DNA of 64,000 nucleotides from an uncultured Solirubrobacteraceae bacterium (GTDB lineage Bacteria > Actinomycetota > Thermoleophilia > Solirubrobacterales > Solirubrobacteraceae): the NCBI GenBank assembly GCA_964588985.1, contig CAZPQW010000018.1, positions 1 to 64,000 on the forward strand, read 5' to 3'. The position numbers and the translations under genes were made by a program. Under the pieces are notes generated by a model that saw nothing but the letters and a program-made list of their open reading frames with translations, did not search any database and was not told the origin of the DNA. This document shows positions 9,279 to 19,121 of the stretch, in pieces (position 1 is the stretch's first letter; every line of letters starts with the position of its first letter).

Positions 9279-10172
9279 ATGAGCACCCCTACGACGGGCT
9301 CAACCTGCCAGGAGTGCGGCGCGGGGCGTCCTGCAGACGCGAGGTTCTGCCGTCGTTGCGGCGCAGCGATCGCTGACAGCGGCGAAGCTCGCTCGACCGC
9401 TGCCGGCGCTTCGCCGCTCGGCGGATGCCCGAGCTGCCGAACGGCTAACCCGCCAGGCACTCGCTTCTGCAGGAACTGCGGTCAATCTCTGGCGACCGCG
9501 ACCGTGGCCGCGCGCGACCCCGCTCCGGCGGCCGCTTCGCCTGCTGTGCGGGCAGCATCCGCCGCGGAGCCGCCCAGATCCGCAGACGCAGGGAGGAACC
9601 GGCGGGTGATCGCGGCAGCTGCGCTGGCGCTCATGCTGGCCGTGGCCGGGGGAGCCACCGCATATCTGACCAGCAACCACCACGGCGCCCACCCGGCCAC
9701 GCGTGCGGCCCACCCGTCTGCGGCCCGCAACCCGACGGCTGCTCTGGCCGCCGCGACGTCGAGCGCCGCGCCTACTTCCGGAGGTCCCGCATTCTCGGCC
9801 AGCGCCGCGCGCCGCGACATCGTTGGCCTGCTCGACACCTATCAGAGCGCATACTCCGATCGAAGCACCGCAAGTCTGGCCCGCATCCTCTCGCCATCGG
9901 TGACGCGCCACGGACTGGCCGCCAGCGGTTGTGCCGTCTCGCACGGTCTGCAGGCCGTGCTCGGCGACTACCAGACTCAGTTCCAAGTCGGCACCGGCAC
10001 CTACAGGCTGAACGGACTCTCCGAACAGACGATCGTTTTCGAGGGGACGACGGCGGCCCGCATCAGCGCGCGCTATCGAATCACCCCCGGCGGCAGCGGC
10101 TTCGTCAAATTCAAGTTCGGCGAAGCGGGCCGGGGATGGAAGATCAGCGAAATCTACGCTGCGTGCAGCTAG
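9279..10172 (+). CDS. Double zinc-ribbon membrane-anchored protein with extracellular NTF2-like C-terminus
   Basis: CQECG..FCRRCG, CPSC..FCRNCG, one TM, ends GWKISEI; GGAGG upstream. Confidence 0.75.
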   Translation: MSTPTTGSTCQECGAGRPADARFCRRCGAAIADSGEARSTAAGASPLGGCPSCRTANPPGTRFCRNCGQSLATATVAARDPAPAAASPAVRAASAAEPPRSADAGRNRRVIAAAALALMLAVAGGATAYLTSNHHGAHPATRAAHPSAARNPTAALAAATSSAAPTSGGPAFSASAARRDIVGLLDTYQSAYSDRSTASLARILSPSVTRHGLAASGCAVSHGLQAVLGDYQTQFQVGTGTYRLNGLSEQTIVFEGTTAARISARYRITPGGSGFVKFKFGEAGRGWKISEIYAACS

Positions 10173-10217
10173 CGCTCGCCCGCGTCAGTCGCGAGCGTTA
10201 TCGCGACAGCGGAGCGC

Positions 10218-11024
10218 CTATTTGACCGTGATCGTCCCGAACATCCCCGCGGCACGGTGCCCGGGGGCCTGGCAGAAGAACGTGTACGTGCCCGGTTTCA
10301 GGTTGACCGTGACGGTCGCGGTGCCCTTGGTCGTGAACGTGCTCGCGCCCAGAACCGCGCCGCTGCCGCTCGCGCCGCCGGAGCCCGATTCGATCGCGAT
10401 GTTGTGCGAGACGCCGGAGGTGTTGCCCATCGCGATCGTGACCGAGCCGGGTTTCGCTTCAGCCTTGCTGGCAACGTAAGCGAGCTGACCGGAGGGGCTT
10501 GCGTCGATCTGGAGCTTGCCCGCCTTCTCCACGGCCGGCTTGCCCGCTCCGGGCGCTTCGACCGCGGTCGCGAGCAGCCCGTTGTCCTTGCCTGAGCGGT
10601 CGACCGCTTCCGAGACGTATGCCGCGATGTTCCGCAGCGTCTGGCCGCCGGTGATGTTTTTGGGCATCACGCCGCCGCGGTTGGGGTTGAGCACCTGGCC
10701 TTCGATCACGCCGCGCACCGAGCTGCGCTCGAGGCCTTCCGCGAGGCTCGACCGGAACGCTTCGTCGAGGTTCGGCCCCACGATGCCTTTCGTTTCGGCG
10801 CGCGCCAGCGTGTGGCAGGAGCCGCATTTGGCGACGAACGCCTGCTTGCCCGCGATCAGGTTGGCGTTGTCGGCGCCCTTGACAGAGCAGCCGGCCGCAG
10901 CCAGCGCGAGCGCGACGAGCAGGCCGCCGGATCCGGCGCGCAGCACGACGTCTAGCACGCCTCTGCGGGTCGCAGCGCTGGAGGTGTGGTGTGTGTGGAA
11001 GATGCTCATAAGCGGGCGGAACAC
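10218..11024 (-). CDS. Cytochrome c - cupredoxin fusion lipoprotein
   Basis: Lipobox-like AAGC, CGSCH heme motif, distal Met (GVMP), type-1 Cu ligands HN...CQAPGHRAAGM; start uncertain. Confidence 0.85.
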   Translation of the reverse strand: MFRPLMSIFHTHHTSSAATRRGVLDVVLRAGSGGLLVALALAAAGCSVKGADNANLIAGKQAFVAKCGSCHTLARAETKGIVGPNLDEAFRSSLAEGLERSSVRGVIEGQVLNPNRGGVMPKNITGGQTLRNIAAYVSEAVDRSGKDNGLLATAVEAPGAGKPAVEKAGKLQIDASPSGQLAYVASKAEAKPGSVTIAMGNTSGVSHNIAIESGSGGASGSGAVLGASTFTTKGTATVTVNLKPGTYTFFCQAPGHRAAGMFGTITVK

Positions 11025-11113
11025 TATCCGAACGGGCGGCTGCCTCGACGCCTGCCCGAGCGGCCGGATGCGCGCGCAACCCGTGCCATTCGCGCTCAGG
11101 TAAAGTGCCCGCC

Positions 11114-11377
11114 ATGAGCACGAACCAGCGCTACCGCCTACGCAACCCCGCCACCGGCCGCGAGATCATCGCCGAGGCGACGCCCGGGGAGATCTACCTC
11201 GACCGCGACACCGGCAAGCCGATGGATGTCGTCGGGAAGGTGCTTCCCCTCGCGCCCTCCGCCTCGCGCCTTCCGTGGTCGGTCGAGAACCTCCGGTTCT
11301 GCCCCTGGTGCGACCAGATGGCGCAGAAGGACCTCAACGACTGCCCCACGTGCCAAAGGCGCATGGGCCCGCTGTGA
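11114..11377 (+). CDS. Small hypothetical protein with C-terminal zinc ribbon
   Basis: CPWC..CPTC; strong GC3 codon bias. Confidence 0.7.
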   Translation: MSTNQRYRLRNPATGREIIAEATPGEIYLDRDTGKPMDVVGKVLPLAPSASRLPWSVENLRFCPWCDQMAQKDLNDCPTCQRRMGPL

Positions 11378-11766
11378 GAGCCCGTTTCGCGGTGAGCGCG
11401 TGCGTCGCGCTCCTGGCAGGCGTCTCACTCGGAGCGTGCGGCTCCAGCAGCGTCTCCGACGCGGTGCCCAAGAGCACGCCGGAAATCATCCCACCGTCGG
11501 ACACGAGCGCGGAAAAGGCCGCCGTTCAGACAACCTCCACGTCGACCACGTCGACCAAAACCTCGACCAGCGCCTCGAGCGAAAGCTCCACCGGCGAATC
11601 CTCCTCCGAAGGCGAAAGCTCGACCGGCGAATCGTCCTCCGGCTCGGGCGAAGCGACCCCCTCGGGCGGCGCCTCGGCGGAAAAAGAAAAAGCGCCCGCC
11701 AAAGAAGAATCCAAAAAAGAATCCTCCGCCGAATCGAGCCCCACCGGCGGCTCCAGCGCTCCCTAG
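11374..11766 (+). CDS. Ser/Thr/Glu-rich lipoprotein
   Basis: GTGA overlap with upstream stop; LGAC lipobox; low-complexity tail with duplicated ESSTGESSS (11581-11640). Confidence 0.65.
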   Translation: MRARFAVSACVALLAGVSLGACGSSSVSDAVPKSTPEIIPPSDTSAEKAAVQTTSTSTTSTKTSTSASSESSTGESSSEGESSTGESSSGSGEATPSGGASAEKEKAPAKEESKKESSAESSPTGGSSAP

Positions 11767-11773
11767 CTCAGAG

Positions 11774-12448
11774 CTACGGAGTGGAGACGAGCGTCGCGCT
11801 GTAGGTCAGGCGCGCGGTCTGGTAGAGGCAGTAGTACTGCGTGGACGAGCCGACCGTCGTCTGCGTGGTCTGCGAGCTCGTGCTCGTGCACCCGCCCTTG
11901 GGCCTGCTCGCGCGCCAGGAGGTGTCGTTGCCGAAGCCGAGCGCCAGCGCGGGCGCCCACGAGGGCACCGTGAGGGCGACCACGTCGCCCTTCTTCACCG
12001 GGATCGTCGTTTCGAGCGCGAACTGCGCGGTCTTGCCGAAGTACGGTTCGAGTTTGACCATCGGGCTCTGCGCGATCAGCTTGTAGGTCAGTTTGGCGTT
12101 GCGGACCGCGCGGACGATCGAGATGCCCGCTTCGGAGGGACCGCCCTCGTTGGCGTTGAAGAACTTGACCTGGGTCGCGTTGGGCTTGCCCAGCGTGATC
12201 GTCCACGCCACGATCGTCCCGCTGCGCGGGGCGCTGAGGATGTTGCGCGAGGTGCCCACCTTGACCTGGAAGCCGGTCGTGCGGCTGACCGCAAGGCAGG
12301 GGCTCGCGGGGCAGCTGGGGGCTGTGACGGGGGTGGTCGCGCCGATCACGCCCACTTCGCTGAGTGTCGCCGGCGCGGTGGCCGGGAGGATGAGCGCGAG
12401 CGCGAGGATCGCGGGGATGGCAAGGTGTAGTCGTCTCATATGTGCCAT
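11774..12448 (-). CDS. Secreted hypothetical protein
   Basis: Signal peptide ending APA, GC3-rich codons, paired Cys. Confidence 0.7.
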   Translation of the reverse strand: MAHMRRLHLAIPAILALALILPATAPATLSEVGVIGATTPVTAPSCPASPCLAVSRTTGFQVKVGTSRNILSAPRSGTIVAWTITLGKPNATQVKFFNANEGGPSEAGISIVRAVRNAKLTYKLIAQSPMVKLEPYFGKTAQFALETTIPVKKGDVVALTVPSWAPALALGFGNDTSWRASRPKGGCTSTSSQTTQTTVGSSTQYYCLYQTARLTYSATLVSTP

Positions 12449-12490
12449 TCAACACGCCGTGGCGCTCTTTGTAGCGGTTGAATAATTTCG

Positions 12491-12904
12491 CTACCGCCCG
12501 CCGAGTTCCTGCGCCGCGGCCGCGATCTCCTCCGAGTCGCCCGCCGACGGCACCCACGGCAGCCGCAGCGGATCGTCCTCGTAGCGCGGGATCACGTGCA
12601 CGTGGAAGTGGAACACCGTCTGCCAAGCGCTCGCGCCGCACGAGTTGAGCAGGTTCACGCCGTCCGCCCCCAGGCGCTCCTCCATGCGCCCCGCGAGCCG
12701 TTGCGCCGCGATCGCCACGGCCTGCAGATCCTCCGGCTCGACGCTCAGAAGATCTGTCGCGTGCGCCCGCGGGATCACGAGCGCGTGTCCGCGCGTCGCC
12801 GGGGCGATGTCCATGAAAGCGATCGTGCGCTCGTCTTCGTCGACGATCGTCGACGGCAGCTCGCCGGCGACGATCTTGCAGAAGATGCACGCTGGGTCGG
12901 TCAT
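12491..12904 (-). CDS. HIT family nucleotide hydrolase
   Basis: CIFCKI and HFHVHVIP histidine triad. Confidence 0.93.
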   Translation of the reverse strand: MTDPACIFCKIVAGELPSTIVDEDERTIAFMDIAPATRGHALVIPRAHATDLLSVEPEDLQAVAIAAQRLAGRMEERLGADGVNLLNSCGASAWQTVFHFHVHVIPRYEDDPLRLPWVPSAGDSEEIAAAAQELGGR

Positions 12905-12917
12905 CGGTGAGGGAAGC

Positions 12918-14345
12918 CTAGATGTTCTCGCTCAGCTTGCGCGCGTGGTCGAGCGCCTGCTCGCGCGTGAGCACCTCGCCCGCGTACTGCGCCTCGGCGA
13001 GAGCCTCCAGCAGCTCCCCCACCCGCGGGCCCGTCGCGATGCCGAGCTCCGCCGCCAGCTCGTCGCCGCGCAGCAGCGGCCGCGGCGGGCCATCCGCGTG
13101 CCAGCCCAGCCCCGCCTCGAGCAGCTGGCGCGCGACGAGCATGTGCTCCGCGATCGCCTCCTGTGCGCGGTCCCCGCGCGTCGCCAGACGGTCGGCGATC
13201 GACAGCAGCGTCACGTCGACCTCCACCGGCGCGCACCTGCGCATGTACGAGAACAGCGTGTGCTGCGACAGCGGCTGCGGCTCGTGGATCAGGAAGCCCG
13301 CGCGCAGGTGGTGGCGCACGAGCGCCGCCACGTGGGCGCGCAGGCGCTCGCTCGCGCGCAGACGCGTCAGCACCGTCCGCGCGAGCTGGGAGCCCAGCTC
13401 GTCGTGGCCGACGAACGTCACGCGCCCGTCGTGCTGGCGCACCTCGCGGGTGGGGGGCTTGGCGGCGTCGTGCAGCAGCGCTCCCCAGCGCAGCGCCTCG
13501 CCGCGCGTCATCTCATCCGCGAGCGGCTCCGCGAGCAGCTGCGTCACCTGCTCCCCGTGCTCGCCGATCGCCGTGTCCAAAGTCTCGGCGTGTGTGGCCG
13601 CGCCGGTCGTCGTCAGCTCGACCGTTCCCTGGAGCACCTCGAGCGTGTGCTCGTACACGTCGAGGTGATGGAAGCGGCTCTGCTCGACGCCGCGCAGCTC
13701 CTCCAGCTCCGGCAGGACCGCCGCCGTCGCTCCGATCGCGCCCATCGTCTCGATGCCCTGCCGGGCGTGCGGGGTCGCGAGGATCCGGCGCAGCTCGACG
13801 AACACGCGCTCGCTGGAAACCTCGTACAGCCCTCGCGCCTCCGCCGCGGCGCCGCGCAGCGCCTGCTCGTCCGGCTCCATGCCCAGCTCGACCGCCACGC
13901 GCACCAGGCGCAGCACGCGCAGCGGGTCATCCGCGAACGCGCCCGGGCCGGCCATCCGCAGCCGCTTCGCGCGCAGGTCCTCGACGCCGCCCAGCGGGTC
14001 GATCGGCTCTCCCCCGTCCAGCTCGCGGGCGATCGCGTTGACGGTGAAGTCGCGCAGCGCGAGGTCCGCCTCGATCGTCTCCCCGCGCAGCGGCTCCACG
14101 TCCACCTGCCACGAGCGGTCGCGCGCAACCACGCGCCAGGACCCGAACTCCTCCGACAGAGCGAAGCACGCGGCGCGCCCTCCTGCACGAGCGACCGCGC
14201 GCGCGGCCTGTGCGGGGTCGCCGTCGACCACGATGTCGACGTCCGCCGTGTCCCTCCCCAGCAGCTCGTCGCGAACCGTCCCTCCCACCACCCACGCGGG
14301 CGTGCCCGCGAGCGCCGTGCGAACCACGTCGAGGCCGGGGCTCAT
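12918..14345 (-). CDS. Class II tRNA nucleotidyltransferase with HD domain (probably CC-adding)
   Basis: VGGTVRD..DVD, RDFTVNAIA, DDPLRVLR, LLHD; flexible loop between motifs appears deleted. Confidence 0.85.
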   Translation of the reverse strand: MSPGLDVVRTALAGTPAWVVGGTVRDELLGRDTADVDIVVDGDPAQAARAVARAGGRAACFALSEEFGSWRVVARDRSWQVDVEPLRGETIEADLALRDFTVNAIARELDGGEPIDPLGGVEDLRAKRLRMAGPGAFADDPLRVLRLVRVAVELGMEPDEQALRGAAAEARGLYEVSSERVFVELRRILATPHARQGIETMGAIGATAAVLPELEELRGVEQSRFHHLDVYEHTLEVLQGTVELTTTGAATHAETLDTAIGEHGEQVTQLLAEPLADEMTRGEALRWGALLHDAAKPPTREVRQHDGRVTFVGHDELGSQLARTVLTRLRASERLRAHVAALVRHHLRAGFLIHEPQPLSQHTLFSYMRRCAPVEVDVTLLSIADRLATRGDRAQEAIAEHMLVARQLLEAGLGWHADGPPRPLLRGDELAAELGIATGPRVGELLEALAEAQYAGEVLTREQALDHARKLSENI

Positions 14346-14373
14346 GTCGAGCGCGCGTCCACCCCGCCCGCGC

Positions 14374-15561
14374 TCACGGCGCCGCGCCCGCGTCGATCGG
14401 CTTACCGTCGCGGTGGTAGATGCGCGGCACGCGCGGCGTCAGCGCGCACGTGACCTCGTAGTTGATCGTGTCGAGGCGGCGGGCGACCTCCTCCGCGGTG
14501 ATCCGCTCGTTGCCCTGGATGCCGATCAGGATCGCGCGCTCGCCGCGCAGGCTCTCCACTCCGTCCTCCGCGCCGAGGTCCACCGTGATCGAGTCCATGC
14601 TCACCGTGCCCACCAGCGGATGGCGATGCCCGCCGATCAGCACGTCCGCGTTGTTCGACAGCCCGCGCCGCCAGCCATCGCCGTAGCCGATCGGCAGCAC
14701 CGCGATGCACGTGTCGTGCTCGGCCACGAACTGGCGCCCGTAGCCCGCGCTCTCCCCAACCGCGCACGGCTTGATCTCGGCCACGTAGGAGCTCAGCTCG
14801 AGCGCCGGCTCGAGCGCGCGCGCCGCGGGGTCCTTGCCGAACGGGTCCATGCCGTAGATCGCGATTCCGCAGCGGACCATGTCGAACTGCGCATCCTCAT
14901 CGCGCAGCATCGCCGCGCTGTTGGCCGCGTGGACGATCAGGTCCGGCTGCGCCTCCTTGAGGCCTCGTGACCAGGCCGTGAACGCCGCCAGCTGACCCGC
15001 GAAGAACCCGTCGTCGCGCAGGTCGTCCGCGGTCGCGAAGTGCGTCATCACGCCCACCAAGCTCACGCCCAGAGCCTCGCGCGCGGCGCTCGCCACGCGC
15101 GTCGCCTCGACGGGGTCGCGCGTGCCGAGGCGACCCATGCCCGAGTCGAACTTCACGTGCACCCGCCCGCCGCCGGCCGCCGAGACCATGTCCAGATAGC
15201 TCTCGTTCCACACCACCACGTCGGCGTCCGCCGCGAGCGCCTGCCTCAACTCGGCCTCCGTCAGCGGGCCCATCACGAGCACCCGCACCTCGCGCAGCCC
15301 CGCCTCGCGCAGCTCCCGCGCCTCACGCGGGCTCGCCACCGCCAGCCACGTCGCACCGCCCGCGATCGCCGCTCGCGCGCTCTGCACCGCCCCGTGGCCG
15401 TAGCCGTCGGCCTTCACCACCGCGCACAACGCCGCATCGTCGTGCAGCGCTGTGCGCAGGCGCGCGCAGTTGCGCGCGATCGCCGCCACGTTCACCATCG
15501 CCTGCGCCCTCAGTGCAGCCAGCTGCTCATCCTGCGTCCCCACAGCGATCGGGTCAGCCAT
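14374..15561 (-). CDS. alr: Alanine racemase
   Basis: AVVKADGYGHG, DSGMGRLG, HAANSA, PIGYGDG, TINYEV. Confidence 0.95.
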   Translation of the reverse strand: MADPIAVGTQDEQLAALRAQAMVNVAAIARNCARLRTALHDDAALCAVVKADGYGHGAVQSARAAIAGGATWLAVASPREARELREAGLREVRVLVMGPLTEAELRQALAADADVVVWNESYLDMVSAAGGGRVHVKFDSGMGRLGTRDPVEATRVASAAREALGVSLVGVMTHFATADDLRDDGFFAGQLAAFTAWSRGLKEAQPDLIVHAANSAAMLRDEDAQFDMVRCGIAIYGMDPFGKDPAARALEPALELSSYVAEIKPCAVGESAGYGRQFVAEHDTCIAVLPIGYGDGWRRGLSNNADVLIGGHRHPLVGTVSMDSITVDLGAEDGVESLRGERAILIGIQGNERITAEEVARRLDTINYEVTCALTPRVPRIYHRDGKPIDAGAAP

Positions 15562-17113
15562 CGACTCCCCGCTCCTCTCCCTGCTCCCGGTATCCATCCA
15601 CGCGTCCCGCCACGATCGCGTCGATCACGTCGCTCGCCACGACGCCCTCCGCCAATTCGACTCTTCGGGCCGCCTCCCTGCCTGCGCGGGCGTGCAGCCA
15701 CACTCCCGCCGCGGCCGCCGTGAACGCGTCGAGGCCCTGCGCGAGCAGCGCCGCGACGATGCCCGTGAGCACGTCGCCCGTGCCGGCTGTCGCCAGGGCC
15801 GGGCTCGCGCCGCGGCTCACCGCCACCGTCCCGTCGGGCGCCGCCACCAGCGTGTCGTCGCCCTTCAGCACCACCACCGCCGCCGAGCGCTCCGCCGCCT
15901 CGCGCACGTGGCGCAACCGGTCGCGTTCGACCTCCTCGCCGCCGTCGAGCTCCAGCAGCCGCGCCAGCTCGCCCGCGTGGGGCGTCAGCACAGTAGCGGC
16001 GCTCCGGCCCGCGAGGTCCTCGAGCCGGCCGGCATGGGCGTTCAGCCCGTCCGCGTCGAGCACCAGCGGGACCTGAGCGTCGTTCGCGAGCGTGCGCGCG
16101 AACGCAACCGCGCCGTCGCTGCGCCCCAGCCCCGGCCCGAGCGCGAGTGCGCCGCCGCGCTCGATCAAGCGCAGCACCTGCGCCACGCCCTCGGATGTAA
16201 GCGCGCCGTCCTCGTCGGGTAGACCGACGGTCATCAGCTCCGGCGTGCCGCTCGACGCGAGGATCGTCTGCAGCGACGCGGGCACGCACGCGGTCACGTA
16301 GCCAGCGCCGGCGCGCATGCTCGCGCGCGCCGTCATCGTCGGCGCGCCCGTCAGCCCGCGCGAGCCTCCCGCCACCAGCACGTGCCCCGAGGTGAACTTC
16401 GTCGAGGACGCGCCCCTGCGCGGAAGCAAAGCCAAAACCGACGCCTCGATCAATCCAATCCTCGCCTCGCCAGGAGCGCCGCGCGGGATGCCGATGTCGA
16501 CCGTCTCGACCTCCCCAGCGTGCGCCTTGCCAGGGCGGATCCACAGTCCCGGCTTGGCCGCGTGGAACGTCACCGTCCGGTCGGCCCACACCGCCCTGCC
16601 TGCGACCACGCCCGTGGACGCGTCCACGCCGCTCGGCACGTCCACCGCGATCACCTGAGCGCTCGAGGAGTTGATCGCGTCGATCGCGTCGGCGACCGCG
16701 CCGCGCGGCTCGCCCTCGAACCCCGTGCCCAGGAGCGCGTCCACGACCACCCCGCAGCTCTCGAGCGGCCCGTCCAGCTGCGCGGGCGGCGCACCCGAGA
16801 GCCGTTCGAGGTTCGTCAGCGCGTCGCCCTTGAACTCGCCCGATGGCGCGGTGCAGATCACGCTCACCGCCCGTCCCGCGTCGCGCAGCAGCCGCGCCAC
16901 CACGAGGCCGTCGCCGCCGTTGTTGCCCTTGCCGCACACAACCGTCACCGGGCCATCCGGGGCTGCGCTCTCCACCGCCCGTGCCACCGCCGCCCCGGCG
17001 CGCTCCATCAGGTCGAGCCCCGGCACGCCGCGCTCGTCGATCGCCCAGCGGTCCACAGCGCGCATCGACTCCGCAGGCAGCAACGGCGTCAGCCAAGGGG
17101 GCAGCGCGTTCAC
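15554..17113 (-). CDS. nnr: Bifunctional NAD(P)H-hydrate epimerase/dehydratase
   Basis: GKGNNGGDG, DALLGTG, DVPSG; GPGLG, DADGL, TPHAGE, ATAGTGDVL. Confidence 0.93.
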   Translation of the reverse strand: MNALPPWLTPLLPAESMRAVDRWAIDERGVPGLDLMERAGAAVARAVESAAPDGPVTVVCGKGNNGGDGLVVARLLRDAGRAVSVICTAPSGEFKGDALTNLERLSGAPPAQLDGPLESCGVVVDALLGTGFEGEPRGAVADAIDAINSSSAQVIAVDVPSGVDASTGVVAGRAVWADRTVTFHAAKPGLWIRPGKAHAGEVETVDIGIPRGAPGEARIGLIEASVLALLPRRGASSTKFTSGHVLVAGGSRGLTGAPTMTARASMRAGAGYVTACVPASLQTILASSGTPELMTVGLPDEDGALTSEGVAQVLRLIERGGALALGPGLGRSDGAVAFARTLANDAQVPLVLDADGLNAHAGRLEDLAGRSAATVLTPHAGELARLLELDGGEEVERDRLRHVREAAERSAAVVVLKGDDTLVAAPDGTVAVSRGASPALATAGTGDVLTGIVAALLAQGLDAFTAAAAGVWLHARAGREAARRVELAEGVVASDVIDAIVAGRVDGYREQGEERGVDG

Positions 17114-17186
17114 GATGAAGCGATGCTAGATGGTTGCTCCGTCGGTGGCACTCGCTGTCTCCAGCGCCATCCGAAAGGGCTCCCGA

Positions 17187-19061
17187 TTACTCGACCGTGA
17201 CCGTCTTCGCGAGGTTGCGGGGCTGGTCCACGTTCAGGCCGCGGCGCCGGGCGATGTCATACGCGAGCACCTGCAGCGGGATCACCGCGAGCATCGGCTG
17301 CAGCATCCAGTCGACCGCCGGCACCGTCAGCACCGCGTCCGCGTGCTGGGCGACGCGCTCGTCGCCCTCGGTGGTGACCGCGATCACGTGCGCCCCGCGG
17401 GCCTGCACCTCCTGCATGTTCGACGCGACCTTCTCCAGCACCGGCGAGTCGGTGGCCACGCACACCACGGGGGTTGAGTCGTCCAACAGCGCGATCGGGC
17501 CGTGCTTCATCTCGCCGGCCGCATATGCGTCGGTGGCTATGTAGGAGATCTCCTTCAACTTCAACGCGCCCTCCAGGGCGGCGGGCAGGCCTATGTGGCG
17601 GCCTATATATAGAAAGAAATCGCTGCCCCAGTAGCGCTCCGCGACCGGCTTCACCTGCGCCTCCACGCCACTCAGCACGTGCTCGATCGAGTGCGGCAAC
17701 CGCTTGACCTCGCCCACCAGCTCGGTCAGCCGCTCGGGCGCGAGCGTGCCGCGCAGCTCCGCTAGGCGCAGGCCGAGCAGGTACATCACCGCGACCTGGC
17801 ACAGGAACGTCTTCGTCGCCGCGACCCCCACCTCGAGGCCCGCGCGGGTGAACAGCACGCCGTCGGAGTCGCGTGTCGCCTGCGACCCCATCACGTTCGT
17901 CACAGCTAACACCCTCGCGCCGCGTTCGCGCGCCAGGCGCATCGCCGCGAGCGTGTCCGCCGTCTCGCCCGACTGCGTGATCCCAATCACCAGGTCACCG
18001 GAGCCGACCACGGGGTTGCGGTAGCGGTACTCGGACGCGACGTCCATCTCCACCGGTATGCGCGCCCACTCTTCGATCGCGTAGCGGCCGATCATGCCCG
18101 CGTGGTAGGAGGTGCCGCACGCGACGATCACGATCCGCTGCACGTCCCGCAGGAGCGCCTCGTCGAGCGCGCCGTCCTCCCGCAGGTCCACGCCGTCGCC
18201 GCGCGCCGTGCGGTCTGACACCGCGTCCGCCACCGCGTCGGCCTGTTCGTGGATCTCCTTCAGCATGAACGTCTCGTAGCCGCCCTTCTCGGCGGTCTCC
18301 TCGTCCCAGTCGACCGTGTGCTCCGGCCGCTCCACCGGCTCGCCCGCGGCCGTCGTGATCGTCACGCCCGCGGGCGTCAGCACCACGATCTCGCCGTTTT
18401 CGACGTACTGCACGCGCCGGGTCTGCGCGAGGAAGCCGGGCACCGCTGAAGCGATGAACTGCTCGCCGTCGCCGCGACCCACGATCAGCGGGCACTCCTT
18501 GCGCGCGCCCACCAGCACCTCCGGCTCGTCCGCGCTCATCGCCACGAATGCGTAGTGGCCCTCCAGCTGCGCGTACGCCGCGCGCACCGCGTCCGCCAGG
18601 TCGCCGTCGTAGAGGGTCGCGATCAGGTGCGCGATCACCTCCGCGTCGGTCTCTGAGGTGAACGTGCTGCCCTGCTCCAGCAGTCGCTCCTTCAGCGCCA
18701 TGTAGTTCTCCACGATCCCGTTCACCACCACGTGCACGCGGTTGCCCGTGTCGTAGTGCGGATGGGCGTTCTCCTCAGTCACGCGCCCGTGGGTCGCCCA
18801 GCGCGTGTGGCCGATGCCAGTCGTCGCGACGCGCTCCGCCACCGCCACACCGCCGCCGTTGGACGCGGCTGCCCGGTCGGCGCTGTCGAGCTTGGCCTGC
18901 AGCGCGGAGAGGTTGCCCACCGCGCGCACCGCGTCGATGTGATCCTCGGCTATGACCGAGATGCCGGCGGAGTCATAGCCGCGGTACTCGAGCTTGGTCA
19001 ACCCCGCGAGCAGCAGCTCCCGCACAGGACGCGAACCGACGTAGCCGACGATGCCGCACAC
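17187..19061 (-). CDS. glmS: Glutamine-fructose-6-phosphate transaminase
   Basis: MCGIVG, GHTRWATHG, QSGETADT, PRNLAKTVTVE. Confidence 0.97.
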   Translation of the reverse strand: MCGIVGYVGSRPVRELLLAGLTKLEYRGYDSAGISVIAEDHIDAVRAVGNLSALQAKLDSADRAAASNGGGVAVAERVATTGIGHTRWATHGRVTEENAHPHYDTGNRVHVVVNGIVENYMALKERLLEQGSTFTSETDAEVIAHLIATLYDGDLADAVRAAYAQLEGHYAFVAMSADEPEVLVGARKECPLIVGRGDGEQFIASAVPGFLAQTRRVQYVENGEIVVLTPAGVTITTAAGEPVERPEHTVDWDEETAEKGGYETFMLKEIHEQADAVADAVSDRTARGDGVDLREDGALDEALLRDVQRIVIVACGTSYHAGMIGRYAIEEWARIPVEMDVASEYRYRNPVVGSGDLVIGITQSGETADTLAAMRLARERGARVLAVTNVMGSQATRDSDGVLFTRAGLEVGVAATKTFLCQVAVMYLLGLRLAELRGTLAPERLTELVGEVKRLPHSIEHVLSGVEAQVKPVAERYWGSDFFLYIGRHIGLPAALEGALKLKEISYIATDAYAAGEMKHGPIALLDDSTPVVCVATDSPVLEKVASNMQEVQARGAHVIAVTTEGDERVAQHADAVLTVPAVDWMLQPMLAVIPLQVLAYDIARRRGLNVDQPRNLAKTVTVE

Positions 19062-19121
19062 CTGTTCGAAGATACCAGCGGCACCCCACGGCTCCGCTTG
19101 GGCTGGACGGAAGGCCGAGCC

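Noticed and set aside
19062-19121. glmS ribozyme
   Set aside because: Only 60 nt between glmM and glmS and no ribozyme core sequence
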